In this document: piece by piece, positions 17,486 through 29,230 of the stretch
How the letters are laid out: each line of letters begins with the position of its first letter
Numbering within the stretch: the stretch's first letter is position 1
NCBI GenBank assembly: GCA_031261325.1
Contig: JAISKH010000053.1
Coordinates: forward strand, 29,539 to 93,538
Length of the DNA: 64,000 nucleotides
Source: Oscillospiraceae bacterium
GTDB lineage: Bacteria; Bacillota; Clostridia; Oscillospirales; Oscillospiraceae
Reading direction: 5' to 3'
Made by a program: the position numbers and the translations under genes
The notes under the pieces: generated by a model
The model's database searches: none
What the model saw: the letters and a program-made list of their open reading frames with translations, nothing else
Told to the model about the DNA's origin: nothing

Positions 17486-18454
17486 GTGGATACGCAAGAC
17501 AAGGCGCGGACTGACGCGCGCTCGGACAAGCAGTTTTCCCTGCCCGCGCCGGAGCTTATTACGCTCTCGGGGCAATGCGTGAATCTGCTTATACAATTGG
17601 GCGACGGGGACGCCGCGCTCCTGTACCTGTACATACTGCAAACACGCGGCATGACGCAGCTGGAGGACGCGGCGCGCGCCCTCGGGCGGGAGCGGGACGA
17701 GATAGCCGCGACAATGGCGCAGCTCGCAAAGCTCGGGCTTGTCAACTTTGAGGACATGCTCCCCGAAGCCCCGGGCTATGAAGCGACGCCGCGCGCCTCG
17801 GTTGAGGATATACGCCGCGAAATGGCGCACGGCACGGAGTTCCCTGAGCTTGTTCTCGCAATAGAGGGTATGCTCGGCAAAATACTCGGCGAGCGCGACC
17901 TGCAAAAGCTGTTCTGCATATATAACGACCTGAAGCTCCCGCCGGAGGTTATACTCCATCTCGCGGCAAACTGCGTCGCGGAAGCGACAATGCGCGGCAA
18001 ACCCGCGACCGTGCGCCAGATTGAAAAAGAAGCGTTCGTCTGGGCGCGAGAGGGCGTATTCACGCTCGAACAAGCGGAGACGCACTTGCGTGAGCGCGAC
18101 GCGCGGCTCGGCGCGGAGGGCGACATTTGCCGCGTGCTGAACATTCGCGGGCGCGCCCTGTCGCCGACGGAGAGAAAATTTATCGAAGCTTGGATTACTC
18201 TCGGGCTCGGCGCGGAGATAATCGAGCTTGCTTATGACAAAACCGTCACGCAGACGGGGAAATTAACGTGGAAATACATGGACACAATACTAAACAGCTG
18301 GCACGGCAAGGGCGTTACAAAGCCGGAGGATATAGCCGAAAAAGACGCTATGCCGAAAAACGCCCGCTCGCCGCAGTCCGCGCCGCCCGCCGCACCCGAC
18401 GCGCGCGAGCTTGAGCGCATGAGCCGCCTGCTCGACAGTATAAAAACCAACTAG
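17486..18454 (+). CDS. DnaD-domain replication initiation/membrane attachment protein (DnaB/DnaD-like)
   Basis: GTG start 8 nt after GGAGGGG. The C-terminal region ('KFIEAWITLGLGAEIIELAYDKTVTQTGKLTWKYMDTILNSWHGKG') resembles the DnaD/DnaB C-terminal DDBH2 domain. It sits upstream of a DnaI/DnaC-like loader. Confidence 0.65.
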   Translation: MDTQDKARTDARSDKQFSLPAPELITLSGQCVNLLIQLGDGDAALLYLYILQTRGMTQLEDAARALGRERDEIAATMAQLAKLGLVNFEDMLPEAPGYEATPRASVEDIRREMAHGTEFPELVLAIEGMLGKILGERDLQKLFCIYNDLKLPPEVILHLAANCVAEATMRGKPATVRQIEKEAFVWAREGVFTLEQAETHLRERDARLGAEGDICRVLNIRGRALSPTERKFIEAWITLGLGAEIIELAYDKTVTQTGKLTWKYMDTILNSWHGKGVTKPEDIAEKDAMPKNARSPQSAPPAAPDARELERMSRLLDSIKTN

Positions 18455-18463
18455 GAGGAAGCC

Positions 18464-19477
18464 ATGTCCATTGACGCGAAGCTTCTCGAACTCGCCATGT
18501 CGGCGCATGACCGCGCGAAAATCCGTCACGCAAGCGAGCTTGCGCGGCGACGTGAGCGCGCCTACGCGGCGAACCCGCGTCTGCAAGTGCTTGACGCGCG
18601 CCTTGCGGACTCAATGCTCCAAATCGTAAAGCTCGTACTGCGCACGGACACGAACATCTCGTCCGAGGTCGCGCGAATACGAGACGACAACCTTGACCTG
18701 CAAGAAGAGCGCGAGTTTGAGCTTACCCGCGCGGGCTATCCGCACGGCTATATTGACGACGTGCCCATGTGCGACAAGTGCGACGACGCTGGCTACATCG
18801 GCGCGGAAATGTGCTCATGCCTAATGGAATACTACAAGGCGGAGTTGCGCAAGTCACTAAGTAGCCTGTTAAAGCTCGGGGACGAGACGTTTGACAGCTT
18901 CAACCTGAACTATTACGACGACGCGGCGGATTTACGCACGGGCTTTTCGCCGCGCCGCAGCATGGAGATTGTATACGAGACGTGCGTGCAATACGCGCGC
19001 CGATTCGGGGCGCGGTCGTACAACCTGTTCCTCTGCGGCGCAACGGGCTTGGGCAAGACGTTCCTGTCCGCGTGTATAGCCCGCGTCGTGTCGGAAGGCG
19101 GGCACTCTGTCGTGTACGACACAACGCCCGCAATATTCGCGCGGTTGGAGGAGGAGAAGTTCTCCAAGGCGGAGGACGCGCTCGCCCTGCGGGAAGAGAC
19201 TCGCCGTTTCCGCGACTGCGACCTGCTGATTATGGACGACCTCGGCACGGAGATGCAAACCTCGTTCACAAACGCCGCGCTGTACGACCTCGTTAATTCG
19301 CGGCTGATAACGGGCAAAAAGACAATCATCAGCTCAAATCTCACGACCGAGGACCTGCGCCGCCGCTATTCGCCGCAGATTGTCTCGCGTCTGCTCGGCG
19401 AATATCAAGTGCTGATGTTTTATGGGCGCGACATTCGCCTGATTAAAAACGGTCTTGCCCCGCCGCCGCCCATTTGA
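18464..19477 (+). CDS. DnaI/DnaC-like helicase loader AAA+ ATPase with an N-terminal Cys-rich Zn-binding domain
   Basis: Walker A 'LCGATGLGKTFLSACIA'. Walker B 'DLLIMDDLGTE'. An upstream 'CDKCDDAGY ... CSC' cysteine cluster is present. This is the IstB/DnaC family architecture. Confidence 0.75.
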   Translation: MSIDAKLLELAMSAHDRAKIRHASELARRRERAYAANPRLQVLDARLADSMLQIVKLVLRTDTNISSEVARIRDDNLDLQEEREFELTRAGYPHGYIDDVPMCDKCDDAGYIGAEMCSCLMEYYKAELRKSLSSLLKLGDETFDSFNLNYYDDAADLRTGFSPRRSMEIVYETCVQYARRFGARSYNLFLCGATGLGKTFLSACIARVVSEGGHSVVYDTTPAIFARLEEEKFSKAEDALALREETRRFRDCDLLIMDDLGTEMQTSFTNAALYDLVNSRLITGKKTIISSNLTTEDLRRRYSPQIVSRLLGEYQVLMFYGRDIRLIKNGLAPPPPI

Positions 19478-19545
19478 CGCGAAACGGAGTTTCACAGACG
19501 GGCTTAGTCGGTGGAATATTCACGTAATGTGAAAACAAAAATCAC

Positions 19546-19595
19546 TCACAAGCTATATTTCCTCGGGAAATATAGCTTGTGAAACGGGAGTTTTT
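19546..19595 (+). terminator. Hairpin terminator after the dnaI-like gene
   Basis: CACAAGCTATATTTCC-tcg-GGAAATATAGCTTGTG forms a 16-bp stem. GTTTTTG lies ~10 nt downstream. Confidence 0.5.
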
Positions 19596-19780
19596 GCACA
19601 TTGTCCACAGAGTTTTCCACAGAAAAGTCGGGCGAATAGCGGCAGAAATATTCATTTAGAGGCTTCAAGGTACCTTAATGTTTCACATTGTACAGGCTTT
19701 TTGCGACGCGTCGGGTGTAATTTCACTCTGAAGCGCATATATTCTTTTAATAACCATTTTGACAATAAGGGTGTGACTTT

Positions 19781-21385
19781 TTGGCTCACGTTAAGAAACA
19801 AAGCTATATGCGCGGGGCGGCGATTCTCGCTTCAACCGCAATACTTGCAAAGCTAATCGGCGCGGTTTTCAAGATACCGCTCTACAATCTGCTCGGCAAT
19901 GAGGGCACCGGATATTTTACCATAACATATTCCATTTACACGCTCTTGCTCACAATTTCGTATTCGGGCATACCCGTCGCGCTGTCGCGGCTAATATCCG
20001 CGTCGGCGGAAAAGGGCGAGACGGGGCAGGTTAAGCGATACTTCTCCGTCGCGCTGCCGGCATTCGCCGTCGTGGGCGCGATATTCTCGCTCGTGATGTT
20101 CATCTTCGCGCCGCAGCTCGCCGAATTTATGGAGAATCCGCCCGTCGTGCCGGGCATACGGCTGCTGTCGCCCGCGGTATTCCTGTGTTGCGTCGTGTCC
20201 GTGTACGAGGGCTTCTCGCAGGGGCACGGCGACATGGTGCCGACGGCGGTGAAGCAAATGCTCGAGGTCACGTGCAAGCTCGTAATCGGCATGTCGCTGA
20301 CGTGGATACTCATAGCGCGCGGCGCGGACGCGCCGACACAGGCGGCGGGCGCGATTACGGGCGTCGTCGTCGGGCTGTTCATCGCCCTGCCCGTCATGGT
20401 AATCTACAAGCGCCGCCGCGCCTACACCGAGGTCACGGAGACGGCAACAGCCCCCAAGTCACGCTCCGAAACGCTGGCGACCATCTTCAAGGTCAGTATA
20501 CCGATAACGCTCGGCGCGTCGTTCATGACGATAATGACGATACTGGACTCCAAGGTCGTGCTAATGCGCCTTGCCGACGGGCTGCAAATCGCGCGCGCGG
20601 AAGCGACCGCGCTGTACGGCGTTTACACGAAGATGCAGACGCTGTTTAACCTGCCGCCGTCGCTCGTCGTACCCGTGACGGTCAGCATCATACCCGCGAT
20701 TTCCGCCGCCCTAACGGCGCGGAGAAACGGCGAGGCGCGCAAGATAATGGAGTCGTCCATGAAGCTCGTCAGTCTCATAGCAATGCCCGCAGGAATCGGC
20801 ATGTGCGTGCTCTCGCCCGCAATCGTAACGTCTCTGTACGGCGGGGACGCGACGGGCGCGAAAATCCTCTCAATCTTCGGCATAGCGTCGTTCTTCACCT
20901 GTATGCAGCTGATGACGACGGCGACGCTGCAAGCCGCGGGACACGAGCGCGTGCCGATGCTCACGTTCCCGATAGGCGGCGCGCTTCAGCTCCTGTGCGA
21001 CTGGCTGCTCGTCGGCAACCCGAATATCGGCATAGTCGGCTCTCCCGTCGGCACGCTCGTGTGTTACGCGTCCATAACGGTGATGAACCTGTTCGTCATT
21101 ATCAGAAAGCTGCCCGAGCCGCCGAGACTTATGCGCGTGTTCGTCCGCCCGCTGCTGATTTCGCTCGTCATGGGCGCGGCGGCGTGGGCGGTTTACGGTG
21201 TGATTGCGCGGCTTCACCCGTTCGGGGACGGACGGCTCGCCGTCACGCTGTACCTCGCGGGGACGATAGTCGTCGCAGTAATCGTCTACGCGGTGCTCGT
21301 AATTATCTCCGGCACGGTGACGCGTGAGGACCTCGCTTCAATACCAAAGGGTGATAAAATTGCTCGAAGGTTGCATCTTAAATGA
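19781..21385 (+). CDS. MOP-superfamily flippase (MurJ/SpoVB/YabM-like polysaccharide or lipid II flippase)
   Basis: 534 aa with ~14 TM segments. The N-terminus 'RGAAILASTAILAKLIGAVFKIPLYNLLGNEGTGYF' is typical of MurJ/SpoVB. It sits in a yabM-mazG(yabN)-hup-yabO-like context. The start (TTG 19781 vs ATG 19808) is uncertain. Confidence 0.75.
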   Translation: MAHVKKQSYMRGAAILASTAILAKLIGAVFKIPLYNLLGNEGTGYFTITYSIYTLLLTISYSGIPVALSRLISASAEKGETGQVKRYFSVALPAFAVVGAIFSLVMFIFAPQLAEFMENPPVVPGIRLLSPAVFLCCVVSVYEGFSQGHGDMVPTAVKQMLEVTCKLVIGMSLTWILIARGADAPTQAAGAITGVVVGLFIALPVMVIYKRRRAYTEVTETATAPKSRSETLATIFKVSIPITLGASFMTIMTILDSKVVLMRLADGLQIARAEATALYGVYTKMQTLFNLPPSLVVPVTVSIIPAISAALTARRNGEARKIMESSMKLVSLIAMPAGIGMCVLSPAIVTSLYGGDATGAKILSIFGIASFFTCMQLMTTATLQAAGHERVPMLTFPIGGALQLLCDWLLVGNPNIGIVGSPVGTLVCYASITVMNLFVIIRKLPEPPRLMRVFVRPLLISLVMGAAAWAVYGVIARLHPFGDGRLAVTLYLAGTIVVAVIVYAVLVIISGTVTREDLASIPKGDKIARRLHLK

Positions 21386-21473
21386 TTCATAGCAAACACA
21401 AATTGCATTACGTTACGAAAACGGGTTACATTTCAAAGTTTTTTTTCAAAAATAGCGGAATAAGTCTTGCGAA

Positions 21474-22295
21474 ATGGGTGAAAGTATGGTAGATTTTGAA
21501 AACCGAGAAAAATTCACGGTTTACGACCTGCGGCGTCTCGTTAAAATCCTCCGCTCGGAGGAGGGGTGCCCGTGGGACCGCGAGCAGACGCACGAGAGCA
21601 TAAGGCGGAGTTTTCTCGAGGAAGCTTACGAAGTCGCGGAAGCGATTGACGAGCGCAATCCCGCGCATTTGCGAGAGGAATTGGGCGACGTGCTGTTGCA
21701 GGTAATCTTTCACGCGCAGATTGAGGACGAGCAATCCGTGTTCGACCTTGACGACGTGGCTGACGCGGAGGTGCGAAAGATGCTCTTCCGCCACCCGCAC
21801 GTATTCGGCGACGAGACAGCCGCAACGTCGGGCGAGGTGCTTGAGAACTGGGACAAGCTCAAGCGCGTCGAAAAGGGGCAGGCGACCGTCACCGATTCGC
21901 TCCGCGCCGTCGCGACAAGCTTGCCGGGATTGTGGCGCGCGGAAAAGCTGAAGAAGAAAGCGGCAAAGGTCGGGTTCGACTTCGCGGATGTGCACGCCGC
22001 GCTGGGCAAGCTGCGCGAAGAGCTTGGCGAACTGGAACAGGCGATAAACGCGGGCGACGGCGGCAATGCCGAGAAAGAGCTTGGGGACGTGCTGTTCTCC
22101 GCCGCGAACGTCGCGAGCTTCTTGGAAGTTGACCCCGAGGACGCGCTGTCGGGCACGTGCGAGCGGTTTATCGAGCGGTTCGAGCTGATGGAGCGCGCGG
22201 CAACCGAATCGGGACGCGCACTCGCAGACCTCACGCCCGAGGAGCAGGATAAGCTCTACCGCAAGGCGAAAGCCGAAATAGAAGCGGGGAAGTAA
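21474..22295 (+). CDS. mazG: Nucleoside triphosphate pyrophosphohydrolase MazG
   Basis: 'EEGCPWDREQTHESIRRSFLEEAYEVAEAI' and a second EExxD/E MazG repeat ('ELGDVLFSAANVA') are present. Confidence 0.85.
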   Translation: MGESMVDFENREKFTVYDLRRLVKILRSEEGCPWDREQTHESIRRSFLEEAYEVAEAIDERNPAHLREELGDVLLQVIFHAQIEDEQSVFDLDDVADAEVRKMLFRHPHVFGDETAATSGEVLENWDKLKRVEKGQATVTDSLRAVATSLPGLWRAEKLKKKAAKVGFDFADVHAALGKLREELGELEQAINAGDGGNAEKELGDVLFSAANVASFLEVDPEDALSGTCERFIERFELMERAATESGRALADLTPEEQDKLYRKAKAEIEAGK

Positions 22296-22401
22296 CTCAA
22301 GTTCAGTTGAAATTAGAGGATAGCGGACACATGCGACGCCCGCTGACCTTTAATCATATAGAATGCCATAGTTTGGTATTTATTTTTGGAGGTATGAACA
22401 A

Positions 22402-22677
22402 ATGAATAAAACAGATCTCATCAACAAAATTGCGGCTAACTCCGGACTGTCAAAGAAAGACAGCGAGAAAGCCCTCGTCGCGACGATTGACGCAATCACA
22501 GACGCTCTCGCAGAGGGCGACAAGGTTCAAATCGTCGGCTTCGGCATCTTCGACGTTAAGTCGCGCGCCGCCCGCATCGGTCGCAACCCCAAGACGAAGG
22601 AAGCGATTAACATTCCGCCCACGAAGGTTCCGCAGTTCAAGGCGGGCAAGCAGCTTAAGGATACAATCGCGAAATAG
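22402..22677 (+). CDS. hup: DNA-binding protein HU
   Basis: 91 aa. 'MNKTDLINKIA ... GFGIFDVKSRAARIGRNPKTKEAINIPPTKVPQFKAGKQLKD' is the canonical HU/IHF signature. Confidence 0.9.
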   Translation: MNKTDLINKIAANSGLSKKDSEKALVATIDAITDALAEGDKVQIVGFGIFDVKSRAARIGRNPKTKEAINIPPTKVPQFKAGKQLKDTIAK

Positions 22678-22705
22678 CCGAATATCTTCACATGAAGCCG
22701 GAAGG

Positions 22706-22737
22706 GTTTCGAGAGTACATTCTCGAAACCCTTATTG
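22706..22737 (+). terminator. Stem-loop after hup
   Basis: AAGGGTTTCGAGA-gtacat-TCTCGAAACCCTT forms a 13-bp stem. The downstream T tract is weak. Confidence 0.4.
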
Positions 22738-22783
22738 CCATAGCCGCAGTTAATCGCTGTGGCGCGCGCAAAGGAGCGTAACA

Positions 22784-23035
22784 ATGCGTTTGGATAAATA
22801 CCTGAAAGTTTCGCGGCTTATTAAGCGGCGCACCGTCGCGAACGAAGCGTGCGACGGCGGACGCGTAACCGTCAACGGGCGAGACGCGAAAGCGTCCTAT
22901 GACGTAAAGGTAGGAGACGCGATTGCCGTGCGCTTCGGCGCGAGAACGGTGTGCGTTGAGGTGCTGTCGGTCGCCGAAAACGTCAAGGCGGCGGACGCGG
23001 GCGCGATGTACAGGGAGGTCATTCAGAACAGTTGA
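22784..23035 (+). CDS. S4-domain RNA-binding protein (YabO/Hsp15-like)
   Basis: 'MRLDKYLKVSRLIKRRTVANEACDGGRVTVNG' is the S4 domain signature. Confidence 0.75.
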   Translation: MRLDKYLKVSRLIKRRTVANEACDGGRVTVNGRDAKASYDVKVGDAIAVRFGARTVCVEVLSVAENVKAADAGAMYREVIQNS

Positions 23036-24249
23036 AATGGTTCCGTTGGGACAAGCGGTACCTCTACTGGGGCGTAACCGCTTTTATCGTCATCATTGCG
23101 AGTATAACTTTCTTCCTCTCGTTCAGCCATTGGCGAACGGGGGTAGATTTTGTTGCGCGTATGCTGTCCGTGCTCGCGCCCGTGCTGTACGGGCTTGTGT
23201 TCGCGTACATGCTGAACAAACTGCTGACGTTGTTCGAGAACCTGTTTGTCCGCAAACTGGCGACGCGTCTCTGCCGCCGCAAGCCACAGCGCGCGCAGCG
23301 GTTAACGCGCGTAATCAGCGTTATAATAACGGAGCTAATCGCGCTCGTCGCCGTCGGCGGCATACTCGCAATCATGCTGCCGAGCATTTATACGAGCATT
23401 GAGAGCATCGTAATACATCTGCCCGCGTACTATACCAGCACGGTCAACTGGGTGCAGCAATTACTCGAGGACAATCCGCAGCTTGAGACTACCGTAATCG
23501 CGCTAATCGGCACCGCGCGCGACAATCTCGCCTCATGGATTCAGTCGCAGGTGCTCGCGCAGGTGGACTTCATCATCGCAAACCTGACAAGCGGCGTTAT
23601 CGGCATAGCGCGCGAGGTTATTAACATATCGGTCGGCGTAGTAATCTCCGTTTACGTTCTGTACCACAAAGAAAAGTTCTCGCTGCAAAGCGTAAAGCTC
23701 ATTCGCGCGGTGCTGCGCGAAAAGGTGGCGGCGACGCTTATGCGCGGCATTAAATTCGTGGATAAGACATGCGGCAGCTTCATAACAAGCAAGCTGCTCG
23801 ACACGTTTATTGTCGGCGTTGTGTGCTATCTGTTCATGGTAATCTTTCGTATGCCGTATGCCGCGCTCATTTCGGTGCTCGTCGGCATTACGAACATAAT
23901 ACCGTTTTTCGGACCGTTCATCGGCGGCGTACCGTCCGCCCTGCTTATCCTGCTTGAAAGTCCGTCCAAAAGCGTTGTGTTCATCATCTTTATCGTCATA
24001 TTGCAGCAGCTTGACGGGAATATCCTGTTCCCGCTGTTGCAGGGCAATAAAATCGGGCTGTCGGGCTTCTGGATTCTGTTCGCGATTTTGCTGTTCGGCG
24101 GACTGTTCGGCTTCTGGGGCTTAATGCTCGGCGTGCCGGTGTTCGCGGTGATTTACGAGGCGGTTCGCGTGTTCCTGCGCGGCAGACTGCGCGCGCGCGA
24201 AACGGTTGCTGAAACGGGTGAAGCTCATGATACAAATGATTCGGAATAA
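23032..24249 (+). CDS. AI-2E family transporter (PerM/UPF0118)
   Basis: Polytopic. 'GITNIIPFFGPFIGGVPSALLILL' is the AI-2E family signature. The TTG start overlaps the S4 gene stop. Confidence 0.75.
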   Translation: MKWFRWDKRYLYWGVTAFIVIIASITFFLSFSHWRTGVDFVARMLSVLAPVLYGLVFAYMLNKLLTLFENLFVRKLATRLCRRKPQRAQRLTRVISVIITELIALVAVGGILAIMLPSIYTSIESIVIHLPAYYTSTVNWVQQLLEDNPQLETTVIALIGTARDNLASWIQSQVLAQVDFIIANLTSGVIGIAREVINISVGVVISVYVLYHKEKFSLQSVKLIRAVLREKVAATLMRGIKFVDKTCGSFITSKLLDTFIVGVVCYLFMVIFRMPYAALISVLVGITNIIPFFGPFIGGVPSALLILLESPSKSVVFIIFIVILQQLDGNILFPLLQGNKIGLSGFWILFAILLFGGLFGFWGLMLGVPVFAVIYEAVRVFLRGRLRARETVAETGEAHDTNDSE

Positions 24250-24688
24250 AATACGTGTTCTCTACAATAAAATCGGCGCCGAAGCGATTAGATACATCAT
24301 CTTCGGCGTATTAACAACGCTCGTAAACCTCGGGCTGAACGCCCTGCTTATCCGCGTATTCGGTGAGGAGCGTTACTGGCTGTGGAACATCATCTCGATT
24401 GCCGCGTCAATCCTGTTCGCCTACGTCACGAATCGGAAGTTCGTGTTCAACAGCCGCGTCAGCGGCGCGGCGGCGATAATGTTGGAGTTTGCGAAGTTCG
24501 TCGGCGGGCGGCTCGTAACTTTCGCGATTGAAGCGGGCGGCGTGCCCCTGCTCGTCGAAGTGTTCGGCGTGCGCATGGATTTGGCAAAATACGCGATGCA
24601 GGTCATAGTTATCGTCGTCAACTATGTAATCAGCAAACTGCTCGTGTTCCGCAAAAAACCGACGGACAGCGCAAACACGGAGGAATAA
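24227..24688 (+). CDS. GtrA-family membrane protein
   Basis: ~150 aa, 4 TM. 'IRYIIFGVLTTLVNLGLNALLIRVFG' and the basic C-terminus 'LLVFRKKP' are GtrA-like. Start uncertain (ORF opens at 24206). Confidence 0.65.
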   Translation: MIQMIRNKIRVLYNKIGAEAIRYIIFGVLTTLVNLGLNALLIRVFGEERYWLWNIISIAASILFAYVTNRKFVFNSRVSGAAAIMLEFAKFVGGRLVTFAIEAGGVPLLVEVFGVRMDLAKYAMQVIVIVVNYVISKLLVFRKKPTDSANTEE

Positions 24689-24736
24689 TAATGCCTGCTG
24701 CTAGGTTGTGCGTGTAATGATATAAAGGAGACAATA

Positions 24737-26707
<1,971 letters not shown>

Positions 26708-26763
26708 CCCCGCGCACGTACAGCCGGTTGCAAAGCCCCTTTTTTAATGGAGGATTATTAAGT

Positions 26764-27228
26764 ATGTCGCCTTTTAAGAGCGTAATAATCACATTTCTGA
26801 TATCAATGGTGCCCGTGGTGGAGCTTCGCGGCGCGATACCGTTCGGCGTCGCAAACGGCTTGCCGCACCTTGTCGCGGCGGCGGTCGCCTTTGTCGGCAA
26901 CTGCGTGCCCGTGCCATTCATCATACTGTTCGTGCGCCGTGTGTTCAACTGGATGAAGCGCAAAAGCAAAAAGCTCGGCGCGCTTGCCGAGCGGCTAGAA
27001 AGCCGCGCCGTCAGCAAGGGAGGCAGTATGCAGCGCGGCATAGTCATCGGACTGCTGATTTTCGTCGCGATACCGCTGCCCGGCACCGGTGCGTGGACAG
27101 GCGCGCTGATTGCCGCGGTGCTGGACATCAGACTGAAAACGGCGTTCCCCGCGATAGCCGCTGGCGTGGCGATTGCGGCGGTGCTCGTGACGGGCATAAT
27201 GTTCGGCTTCACAACCATATTCGCGTAA
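26764..27228 (+). CDS. Small membrane protein of the COG2426 'small multidrug export protein' family
   Basis: GGAGG SD 8 nt upstream of the ATG. ~155 aa, 4 TM. 'VVELRGAIPFG' and 'IPLPGTGAWTGALIA' are typical of this family. Confidence 0.55.
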   Translation: MSPFKSVIITFLISMVPVVELRGAIPFGVANGLPHLVAAAVAFVGNCVPVPFIILFVRRVFNWMKRKSKKLGALAERLESRAVSKGGSMQRGIVIGLLIFVAIPLPGTGAWTGALIAAVLDIRLKTAFPAIAAGVAIAAVLVTGIMFGFTTIFA

Positions 27229-27243
27229 ACCGGCTAACAAAAA

Positions 27244-27278
27244 CAAGGCGAGTATTCACAATACTCGCCTTGTTTTTC
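27244..27278. terminator. Bidirectional rho-independent terminator
   Basis: CAAGGCGAGTAT-tcaca-ATACTCGCCTTG followed by TTTTTCG, with an A-run upstream. It lies between convergent genes ending at 27228 (+) and 27286 (-). Confidence 0.7.
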
Positions 27279-27285
27279 GCGTCCG

Positions 27286-27561
27286 TCAAACCTTTGCCAG
27301 AATGTTCCGCAGCGCGTTGCCGCTGCCGCAATGCGACTGCACGAGCGCGATTTTGCCCTGCGCCGCCTTACTGCGCGCCGCTTTCGCCATCGTGTGCGAC
27401 ACGGGGTTCGTGAACAGCACGATTAGGTCGGGGCTGCCGATTTGGTCGTAAAGCCGCCCCGCAACCTTAGTAAAAACCTTTGCGTCGCAGCCGTATTCGC
27501 GGCATATGCTCTTGTACTTGCACTCCATGCGCTCGTTCCCGCCGATTATAACAACACTCAT
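27286..27561 (-). CDS. Small conserved hypothetical protein (91 aa, Cys-containing)
   Basis: ORF divergent from the XRE regulator. 'HCGSGNALRNILAKV' C-terminus. No family recognised with certainty. Confidence 0.45.
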   Translation of the reverse strand: MSVVIIGGNERMECKYKSICREYGCDAKVFTKVAGRLYDQIGSPDLIVLFTNPVSHTMAKAARSKAAQGKIALVQSHCGSGNALRNILAKV

Positions 27562-27564
27562 CTT

Positions 27565-27660
27565 ATCCTCCTATGTATGAGTTAGCCGAAACTAACCCAA
27601 CTATTAGCGTATTGGTTAGCCGAAACTAACCAATACGCTAATACTACACGACAAATAGGC
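27565..27660. promoter_or_regulatory. Divergent promoter/operator region with two direct copies of an internally palindromic 16-mer plus a second inverted-repeat pair
   Basis: GTTAGCCGAAACTAAC occurs twice (27571-27586 and 27618-27633). It is itself GTTAG-ccgaaa-CTAAC. ATTAGCGTATTGG / CCAATACGCTAAT inverted repeats flank the second copy. Confidence 0.45.
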
Positions 27661-27770
27661 GTTTGTCAAGCGTTTTCGGGAAACTTATCACAATTAGTAT
27701 CACAATTATAGAACAAAATAATCTAAAAGGCAATAGATTATTTTGTTCTATTTATAATACCCGTGAGGTG

Positions 27771-27998
27771 ATGAGCATGTTGCTCAGGCGTATGCGCGAC
27801 TTGCGCGAGGACGGAGATTTGACGCAGACCCAAGTCGGCGCGGCAATCAATGTGCCGCAACGGACGTATTCCTATTACGAGACGGGGCGGCGCGGAGTTC
27901 CGCCGGAGGTGCTAATTGCGCTCGCGGAGTTTTACGGCACGAGTGTTGACTATCTTCTGAACCTGACGGACGAGAAAACGCCGTACCCGAGGAAATAA
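27771..27998 (+). CDS. XRE-family helix-turn-helix transcriptional regulator
   Basis: GAGGTG SD, then ATG. 'LREDGDLTQTQVGAAINVPQRTYSYYETGRRGVPPEVLIALAEFYGTSVDYLLNL' is an HTH_XRE domain. The ORF-track N-terminal extension (27663) is probably not translated. Confidence 0.7.
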   Translation: MSMLLRRMRDLREDGDLTQTQVGAAINVPQRTYSYYETGRRGVPPEVLIALAEFYGTSVDYLLNLTDEKTPYPRK

Positions 27999-27999
27999 C

Positions 28000-28027
28000 A
28001 AAAAGTCCGCTACTGCGGACTTTTTCG
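28000..28027. terminator. Bidirectional terminator between XRE and dnaJ
   Basis: AAAAAGTCCGC-tact-GCGGACTTTTT is a perfect hairpin flanked by A/T runs on both sides. Confidence 0.65.
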
Positions 28028-28028
28028 C

Positions 28029-29141
28029 TCACTTCCGCTTCTTCTTCCGCCCCTTATCGGGCGGCGCGCTCTCGCCGCTCGCGGCGGCGAACTGCCGCAG
28101 CAGCTCCTTCTGCTCATTGGACAACCCTGTCGGCACAGCGACCTTAACCGTCACATATTGGTCGCCGCGACCGCCGCCGCGCAGGTTCGGGATACCGCTG
28201 CCGCGCAGGCGGAACGTCGTGTCCGGCTGTGTGCCCTCCGGCATCTTGTAGCGCACCTTACCGTCGAGCGTCGGAACCTCAAGCTCGTCGCCGAGCGCGG
28301 CTTGCGTAATCGAAACGGGCATGTCGAGCAGGACGCTCGTGCCGCGCCGCGTGAATCGCTCGTGCGGCTTGATTGACACCACGACGTACAAATCGCCCGC
28401 GCCACCGCCGTTCGTGCCGACGCTGCCCTGTCCGCGCATAGTCACAGCCTGCCCCTCGTCAATACCCGCCGGAATACTGACCGTGAACTTCTTGGACTTG
28501 CGCACGCGCCCCTGCCCGCGGCACTTCTCGCACGGTTGCTTGATAATCTTGCCCGTACCGCCGCACTTGGGGCAGTCGGACGAGGTTTGCATCGTGCCGA
28601 ACACCGTGCGCTGCTGGCTTGTAACCGTGCCGGAGCCGTTGCAGTTGCCGCACCGCTCGGCAGAGGTGCCCGCTTTCGCGCCAGAGCCGCTGCACGTCGG
28701 GCAATGCTCAATGCGCGAAACCTCAATCTCTTTGTCAACGCCGAACGCCGCTTCCGCGAACGTCAAATCGACCTCCGCCTGAACGTCTCCGCCGCGCCGA
28801 GGACCGTTGCGTGAGCGCGACGAAGAGCCGCCGCCGAAGATAGAGCCGAATATGTCGCCCAAATCCACGTCAAAGCCGCCGCCGTAACCGCCGCCGCCCG
28901 CGCCGAAGTTCGGGTCAACGCCCGCGTGCCCGTATTGGTCGTACCGCGCCTTTTTGTCGGGGTCGGACAGCACCTCATAAGCCTCACCGACCTCCTTGAA
29001 GCGCGCTTCCGCCTCCGCGTTACCCGGGTTAACGTCGGGGTGATACTTCTTCGCCATCTGCCTGTAGGCGCGCTTTATCTCATCGTCGCTCGCGCCCTTT
29101 GAAATGCCGAGCGACTCGTAATAATCCCTCTTATCCGCCAT
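28029..29141 (-). CDS. dnaJ: Chaperone DnaJ
   Basis: J-domain '[36 protein letters not shown]'. G/F-rich region. Four CxxCxGxG repeats ([32 protein letters not shown]). Confidence 0.95.
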   Translation of the reverse strand: MADKRDYYESLGISKGASDDEIKRAYRQMAKKYHPDVNPGNAEAEARFKEVGEAYEVLSDPDKKARYDQYGHAGVDPNFGAGGGGYGGGFDVDLGDIFGSIFGGGSSSRSRNGPRRGGDVQAEVDLTFAEAAFGVDKEIEVSRIEHCPTCSGSGAKAGTSAERCGNCNGSGTVTSQQRTVFGTMQTSSDCPKCGGTGKIIKQPCEKCRGQGRVRKSKKFTVSIPAGIDEGQAVTMRGQGSVGTNGGGAGDLYVVVSIKPHERFTRRGTSVLLDMPVSITQAALGDELEVPTLDGKVRYKMPEGTQPDTTFRLRGSGIPNLRGGGRGDQYVTVKVAVPTGLSNEQKELLRQFAAASGESAPPDKGRKKKRK

Positions 29142-29230
29142 TCTCAACGTCCCATCTCATTGCTTTTTGCGCGGAGGAACGGCGAACAAAAACGTCCCCC
29201 GTTCCCCTCGTCCTAACTGTCAATTGTTAT

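Noticed and set aside
17486-19477. DnaD-like/DnaI-like pair as a possible prophage replication module
   Set aside because: There is no integrase, repressor, terminase or other phage genes nearby and the flanks are housekeeping. The B. subtilis dnaB-dnaI chromosomal operon has the same organisation.
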